NCBI GenBank assembly: GCA_905194545.1
Contig: CAJJSS010000006.1
Location: forward strand, 5,092 to 69,091
Source: Coriobacteriaceae bacterium
GTDB lineage: Bacteria > Actinomycetota > Coriobacteriia > Coriobacteriales > Coriobacteriaceae
Direction of reading: 5' to 3'
Length of the DNA: 64,000 nucleotides
Of this stretch, positions 59,821-64,000 are shown piece after piece. The position numbers and the translations under genes were made by a program. Numbering within the stretch: the stretch's first letter is position 1; every line of letters starts with the position of its first letter. The notes under the pieces are model-generated. The model saw only the letters and a list, made by a program, of their open reading frames with translations, did no database searches and was not told the origin of the DNA.

Positions 59821-60681
59821 CTAGCGAGTTGGCTGGTAGCGGGGGCAGTAGCTGATGGCGATGGCGTCTACGCCTACGTGGGTGGCGATGGTGCAGCCGA
59901 TGGGGCCAGTGCCGGCGTCCACGTAGTCCTGGCCTGCTAGCGCTTGGTTGACGAGCTCTTGCTCCTCGGCGGCGCCGGTCGTGAGCACGCGCACGCTTGA
60001 GCCCGGGTGCTCGTCCAAAAACGCGAGGCAATCTGCCATGGTGTTGGCGACGATGCGCTTGGCGCCGCGGCCCTTTTTGATTGCCTTGATCTCGCCCGAT
60101 TTCCACTCCGGCGAAACGGCCAGGCGAATGTTGAGCATCTGCGTCAGCTGGCCGGCGAGCTTGGGGGCGCGGCCGTTTTTGACCAGGTTCTCGAGCGTGC
60201 GGGGAATCAGCAGCAGGTGGGCGTCGGGCAGCGTCGCGCGGATCTGCGCCTCGGTCTCGTCCAAGCTGCGGCCGTCCTCGCGCATGGCAAGTGCGTACTC
60301 CACCAGCAGGCCCTCGGCGCCCGAGCCGGTGCGCGAATCGATGCAGCGCACGTCGAGCTCGTGGGTCTCGGCGACCAGACATGCGTTGGAATAGCAGGCG
60401 GACCACTCGCTGCACAGCGAGATAAAGATCGCGCTGTCGTGGCCATCGGCGCGTACGCGGTCAAACAGCGCCTTGAACTCGCCGGCGCTCGGCTGCGAGG
60501 TGTGCGGCAGCTGCTCGGAGCCGGCCATGCGGGCGACGTACTCCTCGGCGGTAATCTGCACCTGGTCGAGCAGGTCCTCGCCCTCGATAATCACATGCAG
60601 CGGAATCACGTAAATGCCGAGCTCTTGGGCGCGGGCGGGGGAGATGTCCGACGTGGAGTCGGTTATGATGGCAAAAGACAT
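59821..60681 (-). CDS. DegV-family protein
   Basis: IITDSTSD, TSQPS, IDSR, LVKNGR, THVG. Confidence 0.9.
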   Translation of the reverse strand: MSFAIITDSTSDISPARAQELGIYVIPLHVIIEGEDLLDQVQITAEEYVARMAGSEQLPHTSQPSAGEFKALFDRVRADGHDSAIFISLCSEWSACYSNACLVAETHELDVRCIDSRTGSGAEGLLVEYALAMREDGRSLDETEAQIRATLPDAHLLLIPRTLENLVKNGRAPKLAGQLTQMLNIRLAVSPEWKSGEIKAIKKGRGAKRIVANTMADCLAFLDEHPGSSVRVLTTGAAEEQELVNQALAGQDYVDAGTGPIGCTIATHVGVDAIAISYCPRYQPTR

Positions 60682-60773
60682 AATTGCACCTTTCGTTGGG
60701 GCGCGGCAGCGCCGCCTTCTGAAAGCAAAGTGCGACAAGTATAGTGGAGTTGCTCTACATTGCTAGGTTCAAT

Positions 60774-60789
60774 TGTTGAATAGTCAACA
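60774..60789. promoter_or_regulatory. Palindromic candidate operator between divergent degV and HAD genes
   Basis: TGTTGA-ATAG-TCAACA perfect 6-4-6 inverted repeat. Confidence 0.5.
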
Positions 60790-60837
60790 GTTTGAAGCGG
60801 TGGTGTGGAAATCATCAACTGGGGAAGAAGGGTGCCG

Positions 60838-61500
60838 ATGGCGGCATTGCAACTTTGCGAGCGGCCGGTTGTGCTGTTCGATTTTGACGGCACGGTGGCC
60901 GATACGGGTCGGGCAGTGATGACCTCGACGCGCAAGACGCTGGCTGCGCGCGGGTTTTCGGAGACGCAGATGGGTGATCTGCGCCGCATGATCGGGCCGC
61001 CCCTGTGGAAGAGCTTTCACGACTTTTACGGCTTTTCCCGCGAGGAGTCGCTTGTGGTGGCCGATGAGTACCGCGCCTTTTTTGATGAACTGGGACCGGA
61101 GGAGTATCCCGTGTTCAATGGGGTCCCCGAGCTGCTGGATGGGTTGGTCGCCCAAGGCAAACGTATGGCCGTGGCGACGTCGCGCATGGAGGCCAAGTGC
61201 ATCGACATGGTGCGTGAGCTCGGGCTCTCTCAGTTTGAGGCGGTGATTGGCATGAATCCGCCGCAGGGACGCGAGACCAAGGCCGATTCGGTCCGCGATG
61301 CCCTGGCGGCGCTCGGCGCGACGGCCGACGATGCCGTGATGATCGGCGATCGCTTTAACGATGTGGAGGGCGCGCACGCAATGGGCGTGCCGTGCATCGG
61401 CATCTATTCGGGCGCGGCGGCGCCGGGCGAGCACGAGGCGGCGGGTGCCGATGCGGTGGTGCACTCGGTGGCCGAGCTTGCTAAACTTTTCGCTATCTAA
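60838..61500 (+). CDS. HAD-superfamily phosphatase
   Basis: FDFDGTV, IGPPL, ATS, MIGDR..DV. Confidence 0.92.
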   Translation: MAALQLCERPVVLFDFDGTVADTGRAVMTSTRKTLAARGFSETQMGDLRRMIGPPLWKSFHDFYGFSREESLVVADEYRAFFDELGPEEYPVFNGVPELLDGLVAQGKRMAVATSRMEAKCIDMVRELGLSQFEAVIGMNPPQGRETKADSVRDALAALGATADDAVMIGDRFNDVEGAHAMGVPCIGIYSGAAAPGEHEAAGADAVVHSVAELAKLFAI

Positions 61501-61554
61501 TGACGTAATGTGAGGGGCGAGCGCGCTCGCCGCTCATTGGTAAGGAGGTCGTCC

Positions 61555-62991
61555 ATGAATCAGGTGGAGCAGAGCGTTGCCGAATATGTCGACGAGGTCT
61601 GGGAAGATGTCGTCGCCGATATCGAGCAGCTGGTGAGCTATCCGTCTGTGGCCGTTGCTGCCGATGCGGAGCCCGGTGCGCCGTTTGGCCGCCCGGTCCG
61701 TGATGCGCTCGATTGCGCGCTCGGCATCGCGCAGAAGCTCGGCTATCAGACGAGCGACGACGAGGGCTATGTGGGCATTGCCGATATTCCTGGCCGCGGC
61801 GACAAGCAGCTCGCGACCATCTGCCACGTGGACGTGGTGCCCGCCGGCCCGGGCTGGAACACCGACCCGTTTGCGATGGAGCGTCGCGAGGGCTGGCTGC
61901 TCGGCCGCGGCGTTATCGACGACAAGGGTCCGGCGGTGCTGTCGCTCTACGCCGGCGCCTATCTGCTCAAGCACGGCATTGTTCCGCGCTACACCTTCCG
62001 CGCACTGCTGGGCTGCGATGAGGAAGTGGGCATGTCCGACGTTCACCATTATCTGGAGAACCACGCGAACCCCGACTTTCTGTTTACGCCCGATGCCGAG
62101 TTCCCGGTCTGTAATGCCGAGAAGGGCCAGTTTGGGGCGACATTTGTGAGCTCCAAGATCGACGGCGGGCGCATTGTGTCCTGGAGCGGTGCCGAGGCGA
62201 GCAACGCCATTCCGTCGCAGTCTATCTGCGAGTTTGCGATTGCCGCCGATGAGCTGCCGGCGCCGGTCGAGAACGGCGACCGCCTGGAGATCACGGCGCT
62301 CGATAACGGGCATGCGCAGATTTTCGCCCACGGCATTGGCGGTCATGCCTCGATGCCAGAGGGAACGATCAACGCCGTCGGGCTGATCGTGGCGTATCTG
62401 CGCGAGGCCGAGGACGCGTTTGGTGCACGCGACGAGCGCCTGCTGACGCCTGCCGAGCACGAGTTCGTCAAGTTCCTGGCCTTTGTGCATGCGGACGCCT
62501 ATGGTCGCGGCCTGGGTATCGATGCGACGAGTCCGGCGTTTGGCCCGCTTACCTGCAACGCTGGCGTCATCCGCGTGGCGGATGGCCATATTGAGCAGGT
62601 CATCGACGTGCGCTTCCCCGACAGCACGAGTGCCGATACCATCCGCGAACAGCTCGATCCGCTCGTTGGCCGTTTTGGCGTGACGTGCCGTGTGGGTCGT
62701 GCGAAGGTGCCGTTCTCGGTCTCTGCCGACGATCCGGCCGTGAAGGCGCTTATTGATACCTATAACGAGTTTACGGGCAAGCATGTCGAGCCCTTCGCCA
62801 TGGGCGGTGGCACGTACGCACGCAACTTTGCCCGCGCCGTCTCGTTTGGCCCCGAGGAGACCGGCCTGGAGCTGCCCCCATGGGGCGGCCAGATGCACGG
62901 CCCCAACGAGTGCGCCAACGAAGAGCAGCTCAAGCAGGCGCTCAAGATTTATATCGTCGCAATCCTGCGCTTGAACGAGCTGGAGCTTTAA
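61555..62991 (+). CDS. pepV: M20-family Mn-dependent dipeptidase (PepV/Sapep)
   Basis: HVDVVP, GRGVIDDKGP, DEE, PDAEFP..EKG, GGGTYAR, HGPNE. Confidence 0.9.
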   Translation: MNQVEQSVAEYVDEVWEDVVADIEQLVSYPSVAVAADAEPGAPFGRPVRDALDCALGIAQKLGYQTSDDEGYVGIADIPGRGDKQLATICHVDVVPAGPGWNTDPFAMERREGWLLGRGVIDDKGPAVLSLYAGAYLLKHGIVPRYTFRALLGCDEEVGMSDVHHYLENHANPDFLFTPDAEFPVCNAEKGQFGATFVSSKIDGGRIVSWSGAEASNAIPSQSICEFAIAADELPAPVENGDRLEITALDNGHAQIFAHGIGGHASMPEGTINAVGLIVAYLREAEDAFGARDERLLTPAEHEFVKFLAFVHADAYGRGLGIDATSPAFGPLTCNAGVIRVADGHIEQVIDVRFPDSTSADTIREQLDPLVGRFGVTCRVGRAKVPFSVSADDPAVKALIDTYNEFTGKHVEPFAMGGGTYARNFARAVSFGPEETGLELPPWGGQMHGPNECANEEQLKQALKIYIVAILRLNELEL

Positions 62992-63028
62992 GGTTACGCG
63001 AACGCCAGGGTGACAACCTGTCTTTCGA

Positions 63029-63068
63029 AGAGGACGGCATGACCAGAAGGTCTATGCCGTCCTCTTTC
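63029..63068 (+). terminator. Intrinsic terminator of pepV
   Basis: AGAGGACGGCAT / ATGCCGTCCTCT + TT. Confidence 0.7.
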
Positions 63069-63301
63069 TGAAAATGATCCCTTGGGGACGGAGGAAAACG
63101 GATCATTTGGTGTAAAAGGCGGGTCATGCTTGTCGGCGGGATTGTTATTCGTTTGTAAAGCCCCGCCGCGCTTGCGGTAAGGGTCTATCAGATGCTCGTA
63201 ATAAAGCGCAGCTGACGCGGGCGCTGCCCGATCGAGACCGTATCTTTCCAAACAGCAAAGCGGGCAGGGTGCCCGCGAGTCGCTTGTATGAAAGGAAGAT
63301 C

Positions 63302-64000
63302 ATGCTCGATCAGGCTTATTCTCGTCGTCAGTTCCTCGGCCTCGCTGGTGGTCTTGCCAGCATCGTCGGTCTCGGTCTCGTTGGTTGCGGCGGCGCAGGC
63401 GCAACCGACGCCGCCGACAAGGGTAGCGCCGCTGCTGCCGAGTCCGTCTCGGGCGAGGTAACCTACGACGGCGCCTCCTCGTTCCAGGCTCTCGTCGAGG
63501 CTGCTGCCGAGAAGTTTATGGATGCCAACCCCGACGTCTCCGTCTCCGGTTCGGGCAACGGTTCGGGCAAGGGCCTGACCGCTGTCGCCGCCGGCACCGT
63601 CACCATCGGTAATTCCGATGTCTTCGCCGAGACCAAGCTCGAGGCCGATCAGGTCAAGAACCTCGTCGATCACGAGGTCGCCGTCGTGGGCATGGGCCCC
63701 GTCGTCTCCAAGAACGTGACAGTCGACGACCTGACCCTCGAGCAGCTCAAGGGCATCTTCTCCGGCCAGATCACCAACTGGAAGGAGGTCGGCGGCGACG
63801 ACGCCAAGATCGTCGTTCTCAACCGCAAGGCCGGCTCCGGCACCCGCGCCACCTTCGAGGCCGCCGTCTTTGGCGACGAGGCCGTCGACTTTAAGGGCGA
63901 CGCCGAGCTCGACAAGTCCGGCGATGTCCAGACTCAGATGGGCAGCACCGACAACGCCATCTCCTACCTTGACTTCTCGCACTTCGATGACTCCAAGTTC
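63302..64000 (+). CDS. pstS: Phosphate ABC transporter substrate-binding lipoprotein (3' truncated by window; absent from ORF track)
   Basis: MLDQAYSRRQFL..LVGC lipobox; DGASSFQAL, GSGKG, IGNSD, IFSGQITNWKEVGG, R..GSGTR. Confidence 0.92.
   Translation, partial: MLDQAYSRRQFLGLAGGLASIVGLGLVGCGGAGATDAADKGSAAAAESVSGEVTYDGASSFQALVEAAAEKFMDANPDVSVSGSGNGSGKGLTAVAAGTVTIGNSDVFAETKLEADQVKNLVDHEVAVVGMGPVVSKNVTVDDLTLEQLKGIFSGQITNWKEVGGDDAKIVVLNRKAGSGTRATFEAAVFGDEAVDFKGDAELDKSGDVQTQMGSTDNAISYLDFSHFDDSKF

Noticed and set aside
63070..63300. Pho box upstream of pstS
   Set aside because: No convincing 11-bp-spaced direct repeats found by eye
63188..63982. 264-aa minus-strand ORF
   Set aside because: Antisense shadow of pstS, which runs off the window on the plus strand

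Overview
High-GC chromosomal segment, most likely Collinsella or a related Coriobacteriaceae (inferred from GC, codon style and gene content). The backbone is housekeeping: addB(partial)-addA, dnaE, SWIM-SNF2 helicase, superoxide reductase, LexA-boxed ruvCAB, fhs, fchA-folD, peptidases, class III fbp, metG, the queuosine salvage genes queH/queA/tgt and pstS (partial). Three accessory patches stand out. (1) About 22.2-28.6 kb: an orphan structured sRNA, a DUF1016 nuclease, a PI-PLC carrying both a twin-arginine signal and a sortase-like anchor, and two paralogous lipoproteins, one broken by an in-frame TAG. (2) A cobalamin riboswitch ahead of two DUF4430 surface proteins. (3) A lower-GC island between queH and queA. 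It holds a YfcC transporter-deiminase-carbamoyltransferase operon with atypical substrate-site residues and no carbamate kinase. Facing it divergently is a second deiminase-fold protein coupled to a CI/LexA-like repressor whose S24 domain has lost its catalytic Ser, Lys and cleavage site. This pair is the best candidate for an undescribed system (an enzyme-as-sensor plus dead-protease repressor). Also seen: an intact but motif-dead NadE-like protein, a 230-bp MITE-like element and several REP-like palindromes. No rRNA, tRNA, CRISPR array, integrase or transposase was detected. All calls come from reading motifs by eye, without database searches.
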